A program made the position numbers and the translations under genes. The notes under the pieces are model-generated. The model worked only from the letters and a program-made list of their open reading frames with translations, ran no database searches and had not been told where the DNA came from. From Candidatus Bathyarchaeota archaeon (lineage in GTDB: Archaea > Thermoproteota > Bathyarchaeia > Bathyarchaeales > Bathycorpusculaceae): 64,000 bases of DNA. This document shows, piece by piece, positions 30,357 through 39,375 of this stretch (positions are counted from its first letter, which is position 1; each line of letters starts with the position of its first letter). Location of the stretch: assembly GCA_963739305.1 (NCBI GenBank), contig CAVTZU010000028.1, positions 62,443 to 126,442 on the forward strand. The letters are read 5' to 3'.

Positions 30357-30857
30357 TTTTCATCCCTCGCTGATCTGAGCGGTGAAAACCCAGCAAATCT
30401 GATTCATCTGTCAGCCACCGCCTACCTTGTGTACTGGGATGGATCTGGGATGGTTCTGTCACTAGCACTCCCGATTAGGAGGGCTATCTCTGCCATAGCC
30501 ATTTGCGGAAAATCTTTGAGAACGTCAAGTCTGCCTGAGAAACCTGTGGCTACCACTATGTCTTCGTAGAATATAACATAGTACTGAAGCACGGGCGTTA
30601 TTTTCATGATTCTTAGGATGGCTCCATCTTTGTCGGCAGTTGGCGAAAGTCAACATTGCGGCCTTTCGTATCATCCTGTCCCTGTGGGTCATCAAGTAAT
30701 TTCTTTGGGCTATATCGAGATCGAAACTGATTTTTGCGCTAAATTCAACCAATACGTTTGTCATTTTTCGTTCCCAAATCCTGATGATGTTATCGAGTAA
30801 ACATAACGATGTCCCACACAAACGGTGGATGTGAATAACCTTTGGTGTCGCGATGTA

Positions 30858-30949
30858 ACAGAAATCTTGAAAGCAACGTGAAAGGTCACAGCATGAAACG
30901 AAATGTTGAGAGACACGACGAAATGTTGCAGAATTGAACAAAATGTCAA
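30858..30949. repeat. Five phased direct repeats (core RAAATGTYR, ~20-bp period)
   Basis: GAAATCTTG 30861, GAAAGGTCA 30880, GAAATGTTG 30900, GAAATGTTG 30920, AAAATGTCA 30940. Confidence 0.65.
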
Positions 30950-30998
30950 TCAATGCGACTTTATGCAGCCTTAATCCTATTCAGGGCGTTGGCGGATA

Positions 30999-31451
30999 TT
31001 GATGCGTGCAGGGATCAAAATGAAACGAAGTTGCTCTAGAACCTTGCTGATGCACTTGAATGTTGTCACTCTGCCCCGACTCAAAGGAAACTTAGAATCC
31101 GTCTTTGCTGATGATGAACAAGACGCCAAGCATCTCGTTTCAGATGCTAAAGGGTTCAGCAATGTGATTATTCTTAGGAAGGTCGAGTCCATTGATGGTG
31201 TATTCGTAAGACTGCCCAACGGGCAAAATATCGGCTCGTTAGGGGTGATGTTGGATTATCTGGAAAAATCACATGTTGATGTCGGCGCGTATAGTAATGG
31301 CAGAGAATGTCCTTTTTATCGATTCGTCTACACTGATTTTTACGGTCCTAAGCAGGTGCGCAAGAAGATTTATGAGGTCGTGGCTCCCTCAATAGCTTCA
31401 CTCGAGCCATGTTACTCGTTCCTCAAGAAGTACTTTGGTGGTAAAGATTGA
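30999..31451 (+). CDS. Hypothetical protein coupled to the kinase-fold gene
   Basis: 150-aa ORF whose stop overlaps the TTG start of the next gene. Confidence 0.6.
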   Translation: MMRAGIKMKRSCSRTLLMHLNVVTLPRLKGNLESVFADDEQDAKHLVSDAKGFSNVIILRKVESIDGVFVRLPNGQNIGSLGVMLDYLEKSHVDVGAYSNGRECPFYRFVYTDFYGPKQVRKKIYEVVAPSIASLEPCYSFLKKYFGGKD

Positions 31452-33253
31452 CCGAGGAAAAAGCTGAAGCACTTCCGATAGACTATTTTGCGTCCATTGG
31501 AATTGGAAATCGAATTCTTAAGTTGTTGCGCGATATTCCCTTTGAAGAAGCTCGTTTGGGCGGATATACTGAAACTAAGTTGAAGAAACTTCTTTCAAAT
31601 TACAGACGACAGCTGATTGCGAGGAATTTGGTAAGATCAACAAAACCTGCACAAGAAGAACAGAAGTCTGAAGCTTCTGGGAAAGAGTCGAAGAGTCACG
31701 GCAAGAGGTCGCTCTATGAAGAACTTGAAGCACTGGAAGAATCATGTCAAATAGAAATTCGTAGGGAAGAAGGAGAACCTCCTCGTTACAGCTTGAGTAA
31801 CAATGCGCTATTCTACATTCATAGTCTATTTCCAACCGCACTGAATTTCCATACGGTGGCGGAGAGATGCATAAAAGCCCCATCGTTCAAATGGAGCCCA
31901 CGTCCAATAGGAGAGTCTGAACTCCTTCTGGATGAGATAATCTTGGTCCCAGGTTCTCTGATACTTGCAGGGGAACATAGTGTATTGCTGGGTCAGCCTG
32001 CCATAGTCTTACCAATACCTCTCCATGTAATGGTTCACGCGACGGTTTACCAGTGCAAAAAGACCACGGAGGTTATTAAGCTCCCCCCAACATTCCCATC
32101 TCCGAACTCTTTGATCGGAGAAATAAGTACGTTTCCAGGAACGCCAGAACGCAGTCGTACTCAAGATTATAAATTCAACGAGCAAGTGAAGTCGGTTGTG
32201 GATCTATTTCAGAAGAAATTAATAGCCTTTAACGAGAGCTCAAATTATTATGTCGTGCTGGACATCCGGAGTCAAATCCCCCCTTCTGTCGGTCTCGGTA
32301 GCAGCGGAGCATTATGTGCTGCCTTGGCAATCTTGCTTGATCGCATAAAATATTTCGGGGACAAAAGTCCAATCGATAACCTAAATCAGAAAGATCTGGG
32401 CAATCTGTTCGACGACAAGAAGTCTAGACTTATGGAGATATTTCTCAACGCATCGGAATTCGAAGCAGTTGTCCATGGAGAAAGCTCCGGAGTTGGACCG
32501 TTCGCCAGCTTGGTCGGAGACGACTGTTTCACGCCTTTATGGTATGATTTAGGTGTCAGACCGGATGATAAAGTTGCCAAAGGAAAAAGTCGACTGAGTC
32601 AACACTTGAATCGAAGGAACAAAGGAGCGAAGTGCACATTAGACCTGAAATGTAAGAGAGGATCTGAAGAGGCCAGGAGATATCTGAGCAGATATTTGGG
32701 ATTAGCCGCTGTCTATACGACTCAAAGTCGTCCAGAGCTAAAGTCAAAACAAGCCGAATCTTCGTACTGGCATTCTTTAGGAAGACCTGACTGTCGCCGC
32801 GATTTCTTTGCGATTACACAGAAGTTGTGGGACAACTTATGCCATGTAAACAAAGAAAGCGAAGCTGATGATGACATACAAGATGTAATCACTTGCGTCA
32901 ATCTTTTCGGAGGGTATGAAGAGGGATATCTGAAGATGTTGCGCCAAGAAAGCGAAGCGACGCCTCGAGAACTAGTATACCACATGCGCGGATTCGGTCT
33001 AGGGGCAAAGTACGTAGGCGTAGGTTTTGGGGGAGATATTGTTGTGATTGGCCGAAAGGAGAAGTTAGGAATGATGCTATTTCCAAGTTACTTCCCCGTG
33101 CACTTTAGCAGTGTAAATCTCACTGACGACGAGAAAGTAACTCCTTCGATAGACGTGAAAGCACGGCCATTGATAATTCAAAAAGACAAATTCGTGGAAG
33201 AACTCATGCCCCAATTCATGAAACGCGCCCAACGGGCTTATTTGAGCTACTAG
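31448..33253 (+). CDS. wHTH domain fused to mevalonate-kinase-like GHMP fold (catalytic residues altered)
   Basis: PGSLILAGEHSV, SQIPPSVGLGSSGA, E..VHGESSGVG, GAKYVGVGFGG; ~130-aa N-terminal wHTH-like region. Confidence 0.75.
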   Translation: MTEEKAEALPIDYFASIGIGNRILKLLRDIPFEEARLGGYTETKLKKLLSNYRRQLIARNLVRSTKPAQEEQKSEASGKESKSHGKRSLYEELEALEESCQIEIRREEGEPPRYSLSNNALFYIHSLFPTALNFHTVAERCIKAPSFKWSPRPIGESELLLDEIILVPGSLILAGEHSVLLGQPAIVLPIPLHVMVHATVYQCKKTTEVIKLPPTFPSPNSLIGEISTFPGTPERSRTQDYKFNEQVKSVVDLFQKKLIAFNESSNYYVVLDIRSQIPPSVGLGSSGALCAALAILLDRIKYFGDKSPIDNLNQKDLGNLFDDKKSRLMEIFLNASEFEAVVHGESSGVGPFASLVGDDCFTPLWYDLGVRPDDKVAKGKSRLSQHLNRRNKGAKCTLDLKCKRGSEEARRYLSRYLGLAAVYTTQSRPELKSKQAESSYWHSLGRPDCRRDFFAITQKLWDNLCHVNKESEADDDIQDVITCVNLFGGYEEGYLKMLRQESEATPRELVYHMRGFGLGAKYVGVGFGGDIVVIGRKEKLGMMLFPSYFPVHFSSVNLTDDEKVTPSIDVKARPLIIQKDKFVEELMPQFMKRAQRAYLSY

Positions 33254-33266
33254 AAGAATAAAGACC

Positions 33267-34236
33267 TTGTCAAAAGTCACGGTAGTGTCTCATCCAATTC
33301 AAGGTTTGGTCAAATATCACGGTCTCAAAGACCCTTTGAAAAGAATACCTTTTCATGATTCTATATCAGTCTGCGTGGAAGGTCTTGCAACAAGAACCAC
33401 GGTCGAAATAATGGAAAATAATGCTCCCGATTACATTTGGATTAATGGTTTCAGCCTTAAGGGTTCAGCAAGAAGACGCGTTGAACTTGTTCTAAACATA
33501 CTGAGAAGGAAAAGCCCGAACCAAATGCGGGATAAAGATTGTGTCGCAAAACAATATTACTGATGGGAAAGGATTGGGTTTCTCTTCCTCGGGCTTCTCC
33601 GCACTAGGTCTTGCGACAGCCAAAGTATTAGGTCTGAAGCTTGATTCAATCTCGCTGCAGGAGACAGTTAGGCTTGGATCTGGATCTGCGACCAGAAGCT
33701 TGGCGGGTGGCTTTGCTATATGGTATGCGAATAACAATGGGAGATCTTACGCCCAAATGCTAGCCCCTCCTGACGCTGTCCATCTTGGAATCGTCGTTGT
33801 TCCAATCCCAGACAGAATAATCACAGATTCGATCCACCAAGAAATAGAGACCTCGCCTTTCTTTCATTCTCGACTGAAGGTATTGCCTGATTTGATGGAA
33901 TCAATGAAAAAAGCAATATTCAATGATGATGTGGGTGAAATTGGGAGATTGGCAGAACAAGATAGTCTATCTCTTCATGCAGTGACAATGACCACCAGAA
34001 GTGGATGGATACTGATGAAGCCTGAAACAATCCGGGTCATAAATCAGGTGAAAAAATTGAGAAAAAGGGGACTGAATGCTTGGTTTTCGTTGGATACAGG
34101 TCCGTCTGTATTCATCAATACAGTTCCTCAAGAGGCAAAGGAAATCTCGACGCAAATAGAGAGCGAACTAAGACTACGAACGATTGTAAGTGGCATTGGA
34201 GGACCCCCTCAAATATCAACAGACCATCTGTTCTGA
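33267..34236 (+). CDS. mvaD: Phosphomevalonate/diphosphomevalonate decarboxylase, split by one frameshift near 33510
   Basis: HPIQGLVKYHG...RIPFHDSISV, KGLGFSSSGF, RLGSGSATRS..GGF, FSLDTGPSV; removing one A from the A4 run at 33510-33513 joins both ORFs. Confidence 0.85.
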
Positions 34237-34676
34237 AATTGGATCTGATCAGTCTAATTCGCACTGCAGATTGGGTTGTACGACGTCTGATATTGCAGAC
34301 AAGAAGGGCAGATTTGACTTCTGCAACTGTATCAAGAGGCCTGAACTACTCGTAAAACGACAACGTTGACGGCGACGGTGACGGCGTGAACAAGAAATCC
34401 TTGTCAACTCGCGCGTTAGAATTAAGCACCAGCTGGTTTGGTCTTTGATATTTCTTGGTCATGATTGTAACGGGCAACAGAGGATCGCTACCAAACCCTA
34501 CTTGAAATTGAACTGAGTGTCGCCATGAACCCTACCTTTGGTGGCGATGTCTCCCGCAAACCCCTCTTTTTATTTAAAAGTGTTCGCCTGTGAAGGTTGC
34601 GGAATTTCGTTCTAAACATCGTCTGCATAAGCCTTAGCGCGCGCGTAAAGTTTTATCCCAAACCAAAATTGAGGCT

Positions 34677-35414
34677 TCAAACGTAGAGTACGCCAATGCC
34701 AAAACCTTCTTGGTTACTGCTATTGACTATCTCCTTGTGAAAATACCCAGGTTTTATTTCATTCCAAAACTTGTTCACTGCACCTGCCAGTTCTGGGGGA
34801 CCCCTGCAAATATCGTGGAAAGCAATTAAACCGCCTTTGCGTACTAGTGGACTGTACATTTGGAAATCTTTCTTGACGCCTTCGTAAGTGTGATCACCAT
34901 CTATGAAAAGAAAGTCAACTTGTTGATCTTTCAGGATTGATCTCACGGTTGACAAACTGGACGGTGAATGTGAGTCAGCTCGGACCAAGAATATTCGTTG
35001 ATTTCTTTGAGCGAAGTTTGTGAAGAAGGGTATTTTGATATCTTCATATCCTCCTCCAAATTTGCCTTGCGGCAAGTCTAGACTAATTATTCTAGCGTTT
35101 GGGTCTATCATTCGAGTGAAGAGAAACAGTGTTCCTCCTTGAGCTGTTCCGATTTCAAGTATGGTACATATGTTCTGTTCGCTTAGTATAGACAGCAAAG
35201 TCTCGATTTCTTGCTTAATCTGAAAAGGTTCGATTGACCAGCCTATCAAGTTTAGGGGTTTGTGATGAAAAATGTCAAATGTTAGATCCACATAATCCGC
35301 GGGTGTTTTGCATTTTCTTGCTTTCTTACTCAAAACTGAAGAGGCTATTCTCACTCTGATTCCACAAATGTCAAACTTGCCAAGATTAATTTCACGATTA
35401 AATGGAAGTTTCAT
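34677..35414 (-). CDS. Class I SAM-dependent methyltransferase (Methyltransf_24-like)
   Basis: LEIGTAQGGT, FLFIDGDHTYEGVKKD, GGLIAFHD; start set at ATG 35414 because the longer ORF overlaps the next gene. Confidence 0.85.
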   Translation of the reverse strand: MKLPFNREINLGKFDICGIRVRIASSVLSKKARKCKTPADYVDLTFDIFHHKPLNLIGWSIEPFQIKQEIETLLSILSEQNICTILEIGTAQGGTLFLFTRMIDPNARIISLDLPQGKFGGGYEDIKIPFFTNFAQRNQRIFLVRADSHSPSSLSTVRSILKDQQVDFLFIDGDHTYEGVKKDFQMYSPLVRKGGLIAFHDICRGPPELAGAVNKFWNEIKPGYFHKEIVNSSNQEGFGIGVLYV

Positions 35415-35472
35415 TCCGAAAACAAAAGTGGACGAGTTTCCTTTTAAGGGTTTTTTCTTATGGTTTTGCCAA

Positions 35473-35486
35473 TTAGCGCGCGCTAA
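35473..35486. promoter_or_regulatory. Perfect 14-bp palindrome TTAGCGCGCGCTAA
   Basis: Lies between the divergent methyltransferase and ligase genes; half-site copies recur nearby. Confidence 0.45.
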
Positions 35487-35674
35487 GAAGAAAAGGTTCC
35501 TCAAGTTGTCTTGATAGTAGGATCTCACATTCACGCATACCAATAATGTTAAGAGATGCATGTCTTCGAAAAGTAGAATGAATGATGGATAAGGTGATCT
35601 AATTACCGAACATTTTTTCCGAAAGCTACGAAAGCATCTATTCGCGTGCTCGTATTTTACATAATCTGCGAATA

Positions 35675-36940
35675 TTGCAAAGAAACACATGGTTGTCTTC
35701 TTCTGAATTGGAAAGGATGCAAACGAAAAAACTCCGGAGTATTTTGGAATATGCATATGAAAACGTTGCTTTTTATCATCAGAGGTTTAATATGGCGAAA
35801 GTTAAGCCGAGTGACATAAAATCCTTAGAAGATCTGCCCAAGATTCCAATTCTTACAAAATCAGAGGTCCGAAATAATTCTAACTCTCTTATTTCAAAGG
35901 GAGTTATAAAAGAACTATGCAAGAAGGAAGAGACTTCGGGCACAACTGGCATCTCCTTATCCATTATCGCTGAGAAAAGAGTGTCCTATATCATGGCAGC
36001 AAACAAGTTAAGACACTACGTAGAAAATGGGGGAAAATTATTTAGAGACAGATATGTCGTCCTTCTCCCATCATTCAGGCCCCTCAGAGGGACCTATCTG
36101 GGTGTTCTTCTTAGAAAGTTAGGAATCCTAAGAAGGGTTGATTTGAATACCCGGTATCCGATAGAAGGCATAATTGACAGGTTAGTTGACTTTAAGCCAG
36201 AAGTAATTGACAGCTATCCGAGTTTCCTTCTCCTATTAGCGAGGGAACTAGAAAAAAAAGGAAATGCGATTCAACCAAGACTTGTTTTTGTTAGTGGAGA
36301 GCTCCTCGATGCTAGGAGTCGAAAGCTGATCAATTCTTCGTTCGAAACTGAGATGTTTGACACATACGGCTGTACAGAAGCGGGATTCATCGCTTGGGAA
36401 TGCTCTGAACATGCTGGTTACCATACCAATGTGGACCTAGTGGTTGCTGAGTTTGTAAAGGATGGCGAACAAGTTGCAGCGGGAGAGTCTGGTGAGATCA
36501 TTCTCACGCCACTCTGGAACTTTGCTATGCCGTTGATAAGGTATAAAGTCGGTGACATTGGCACACCAAGCGGTGAAAGTTGCCCATGTGGAAGAGGACT
36601 ACCTTTAATGAAGGTATTAGAAGGGAGATTTGAGGATCTCATAATATTGCCAACTGGTAGAATAATTTCTCCTCTCGTCATTTCATGTTATTTTGAAGGC
36701 ATTGAGGGAATAACTGAGTACAGAGTAATTCAAGAAAAAACAGATGACTTCATTGTACAAATTGCATTAAAGGAAGGTTACGGAGATGACACGCTTCTTC
36801 AAATCAGAGACAGATTCATGAAAGGGTTAGGGGAAGACATAACGATCAACTTCGAGGTTGTTGACACCATACCAAGAGATGGTAAACTCCGGCGCATAGT
36901 CTCTAAGTGCCTCCCCCGAGAACGCTTTTTCTCCATTTAG
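35675..36940 (+). CDS. Phenylacetate-CoA ligase (PaaK/CapK)-like adenylating enzyme
   Basis: AYENVAFY, TSGTTG, YPSFL, SGELL, DTYGCTE, PLIRYKVGD, EGR. Confidence 0.88.
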   Translation: MQRNTWLSSSELERMQTKKLRSILEYAYENVAFYHQRFNMAKVKPSDIKSLEDLPKIPILTKSEVRNNSNSLISKGVIKELCKKEETSGTTGISLSIIAEKRVSYIMAANKLRHYVENGGKLFRDRYVVLLPSFRPLRGTYLGVLLRKLGILRRVDLNTRYPIEGIIDRLVDFKPEVIDSYPSFLLLLARELEKKGNAIQPRLVFVSGELLDARSRKLINSSFETEMFDTYGCTEAGFIAWECSEHAGYHTNVDLVVAEFVKDGEQVAAGESGEIILTPLWNFAMPLIRYKVGDIGTPSGESCPCGRGLPLMKVLEGRFEDLIILPTGRIISPLVISCYFEGIEGITEYRVIQEKTDDFIVQIALKEGYGDDTLLQIRDRFMKGLGEDITINFEVVDTIPRDGKLRRIVSKCLPRERFFSI

Positions 36941-37059
36941 CTCGTGGTCAATGTATGCTAAACAGCTAAGAGTGAATAATGGACGCGCAATTTTGAGAAA
37001 CATAGCATGAGTCTTCATTGTTCCTTTTCTGTTCTATAAGAGAGTTCCAGAAGGAATAT

Positions 37060-37239
37060 ATGAACAAACTAGTTGTAATAACAGTCATGAAAACTGACCT
37101 TGCTATTAGAATACGACATGGTTGGACAAAAGACGAAAATGAGCACGCAGCGAAACCTAAGGTAACCACCTGCGGCGGCGGAGGATGCGGATGCGGAACT
37201 GGATGCTCATTTTCGCAAGTGACTGAAAAAACACGCTAG
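37060..37239 (+). CDS. Putative RiPP (TOMM/LAP) precursor peptide
   Basis: 59 aa from ATG 37060 or 50 aa from ATG 37087; charged leader then TTCGGGGCGCGTGCSFS; 16 bp from the SagB stop. Confidence 0.8.
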   Translation: MNKLVVITVMKTDLAIRIRHGWTKDENEHAAKPKVTTCGGGGCGCGTGCSFSQVTEKTR

Positions 37240-37255
37240 TAGAATGTCCTGATCG

Positions 37256-38038
37256 TCACCTTCCAATTGCAGCCATGTACAAAGTCGATTCAACATTACC
37301 ATCGAGACCTAACAAATCGTTGAGTTGGTTATCGGAGAAGCCGCCGATTGAACAACACTCTAAGCCCAACGCAGTTGAGATCAAGTAGATATTTTGCATA
37401 AGATGGCCTGCCTCGAACAGAACATACCGATACCCTCGTTCTCCATATTTTGTCTCTGTCCTCTCAAATACCGCGCTAATTACACAGATAAAAGCAGCGT
37501 TACGCGTCCAATCCTGATTGTTTAAACAAGTACTGAACTCCTTTGCGTTGCTATTCGCCTTAGTTTGTTCGAGCGATTGCGATTTAACATTGAAATGATA
37601 TACGCCGTTCTTCAACTTTTTCACGTGAAATGATATAACGTAAACTTCCAATGGATAACGTGCTCCTGCTGAGGGATAAGCACGAAGCTCTGATAGATCC
37701 GTTCCTTCAACAGTGTGTGTAATTCCTGCTGAGCACAGTAAGACGGTAGCAACGTCTCTCAGCGTGACTGCTTTCCCAACAAAATCCCTTTGTGATCTGC
37801 GGCGGTCAAGAACCTCGTAAAATGGTAGTGAACATTGTATTACATCGCGCGCGCGTGACAAGCCAATTTGCTTAAACCTTGGATACGATTTGTAGCTAAT
37901 TTCTTTCCACTCGAGAGGCCATTCAACAATATCTATTTCGGCACTTGGAATGAAAAGCTTCGTATTTTCATGAAAGATTTTGGAAAGCGAAATTTTTTTA
38001 TTGTTCGCACTAAACTCATTAGAAAACATAGTTATCAC
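37256..38038 (-). CDS. SagB/ThcOx-family FMN-dependent azoline dehydrogenase
   Basis: FHENTK, RRRSQRDF, RAYPSAGARYPLEVY, KYGERGYRY, EAGHLMQN. Confidence 0.93.
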   Translation of the reverse strand: MITMFSNEFSANNKKISLSKIFHENTKLFIPSAEIDIVEWPLEWKEISYKSYPRFKQIGLSRARDVIQCSLPFYEVLDRRRSQRDFVGKAVTLRDVATVLLCSAGITHTVEGTDLSELRAYPSAGARYPLEVYVISFHVKKLKNGVYHFNVKSQSLEQTKANSNAKEFSTCLNNQDWTRNAAFICVISAVFERTETKYGERGYRYVLFEAGHLMQNIYLISTALGLECCSIGGFSDNQLNDLLGLDGNVESTLYMAAIGR

Positions 38039-39373
38039 AGAAATGGATGGGGGATGGGATTTAACCTTTCTTGTGCATCAGCCTTTTTGTGCCCCAAAGT
38101 TTCAGGCACATTTCTTAAACGGCTGCCACCCCAATACCTGAATCTTTCATCCAGGTACAGTGGTTGAAGTTCCGGCATTACAACCTTCACCACCCTCAAC
38201 CCTAGTTCCTCAACGTCAAGAGTCGTAACGTCAACATAATAACATGCTTGATTGCGTTCTCGTAGGATTTTCAGGCATGTTTTAAGTTTGTCGCTCTTTC
38301 CCTTTTTTTTATTACGAAGATTACCACTCAGTGGTTTTTTCTTTGCGCCCAAGAGAAATGATAATTTGGGAATCATCGATACATCGGACCATAATAGTCC
38401 TCTCTGTTCAAGATTGCTGATGTTTTCCCACTTGGGGTCCGTTGTAGGGGGCTTTACAGTTTTGTCTTGTTTTAGTGTACGCAGCCAATGCCTTGATTGT
38501 TGAGATTCCTCCATGCATCCTAAAATTGCTTCTTCTGCGTTAAGACTTGCTTTTGCTCCAACTGAAATTGCCGGTCCGACCCCAGTTCTGTCTATCAGCA
38601 GACATAAGAAGACAGGTATAGGAATGTCTGTAGTTATATCGTATACGTAAACTTCCAAATTTGCATCCCTGAATCGTGTTAGAAGCGTTCCAATAAGATT
38701 ATCATTTAAAGAAGAAAGGTCAACAAGCGGGGAAGATAATTTATTAAGATAGGTGATGATGAATGCGTCCCTTTCGACAACTTCGCAGATCCCACGGTAC
38801 AAGGCATCGGAGATGTCCAACCCTGCTGCTGCACCTGTTGTTATTGGCAATCTGATTATGGGCTCATTGTGACCGTATATGTAGGGCACGTGAACCAATT
38901 GTGCGGGTAGAAGTCTTTCTGAATCATCGAAAACAGAATGGCTAGAAACCCAATTGAATTGTGAATGTCCATCGAAAAGGAATCTAGCATACTTTTCTTG
39001 TCGCCTTTGATTCTCTGAAGGACCGACTACCGTGAATGGATCTATAGCACGCTCTGATCCAAGTTCATTATATGAGGCTTTTGTGAGATTCTCTTCGAAA
39101 TATATAGAGAGGCAGTATCTTTCGATAGCTTCTCCTATTGCCTTAACCTTCCCTCTTTCTTCGTTAATCGATGTGCCACCCACAGTTTCTTCTTTTATTC
39201 CTCCTGTACTAAAGACAGTGGTATTGCAGATTTCGGATGCATAGTTAAAAAGTCTGGGCTCATCATCATAAGTTGGTGCCCTGTACAACTTGCGGATAAT
39301 GCCGATTCTTGGATTTATTATGTGCCAAACAAGGTTTAGAAAGCTTTTTTCCTTGTCGTCTTCCTGTGCTCAA
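38035..39373 (-). CDS. YcaO cyclodehydratase (D protein); N-terminus apparently frameshifted near 39345
   Basis: KAIGEAIERY, TTGAAAG, GICEVVERDA, C-terminal PIPHPFL; in-frame IINPRIGII upstream of 39288 implies the TTG 39373 start. Confidence 0.93.
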
Positions 39374-39375
39374 TG

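Noticed and set aside
30858-30949. Possible mini-CRISPR array
   Set aside because: Units are ~9-11 bp with a 20-bp period, too short for repeat plus spacer, and no cas genes are in the window
33500-33530. Programmed ribosomal frameshift in mvaD or in the RiPP genes
   Set aside because: No slippery heptamer with a downstream structure seen; indel density rises toward the contig defect
35415-35756. Long N-terminal extension of the methyltransferase ORF
   Set aside because: Overlaps the divergent ligase gene and promoter region and reads as non-coding
38035-39373. YcaO as an MCR thioamidation or ribosomal-protein modification enzyme
   Set aside because: No TfuA or mcr genes; partners are a C protein and SagB, and the tail is Pro-rich
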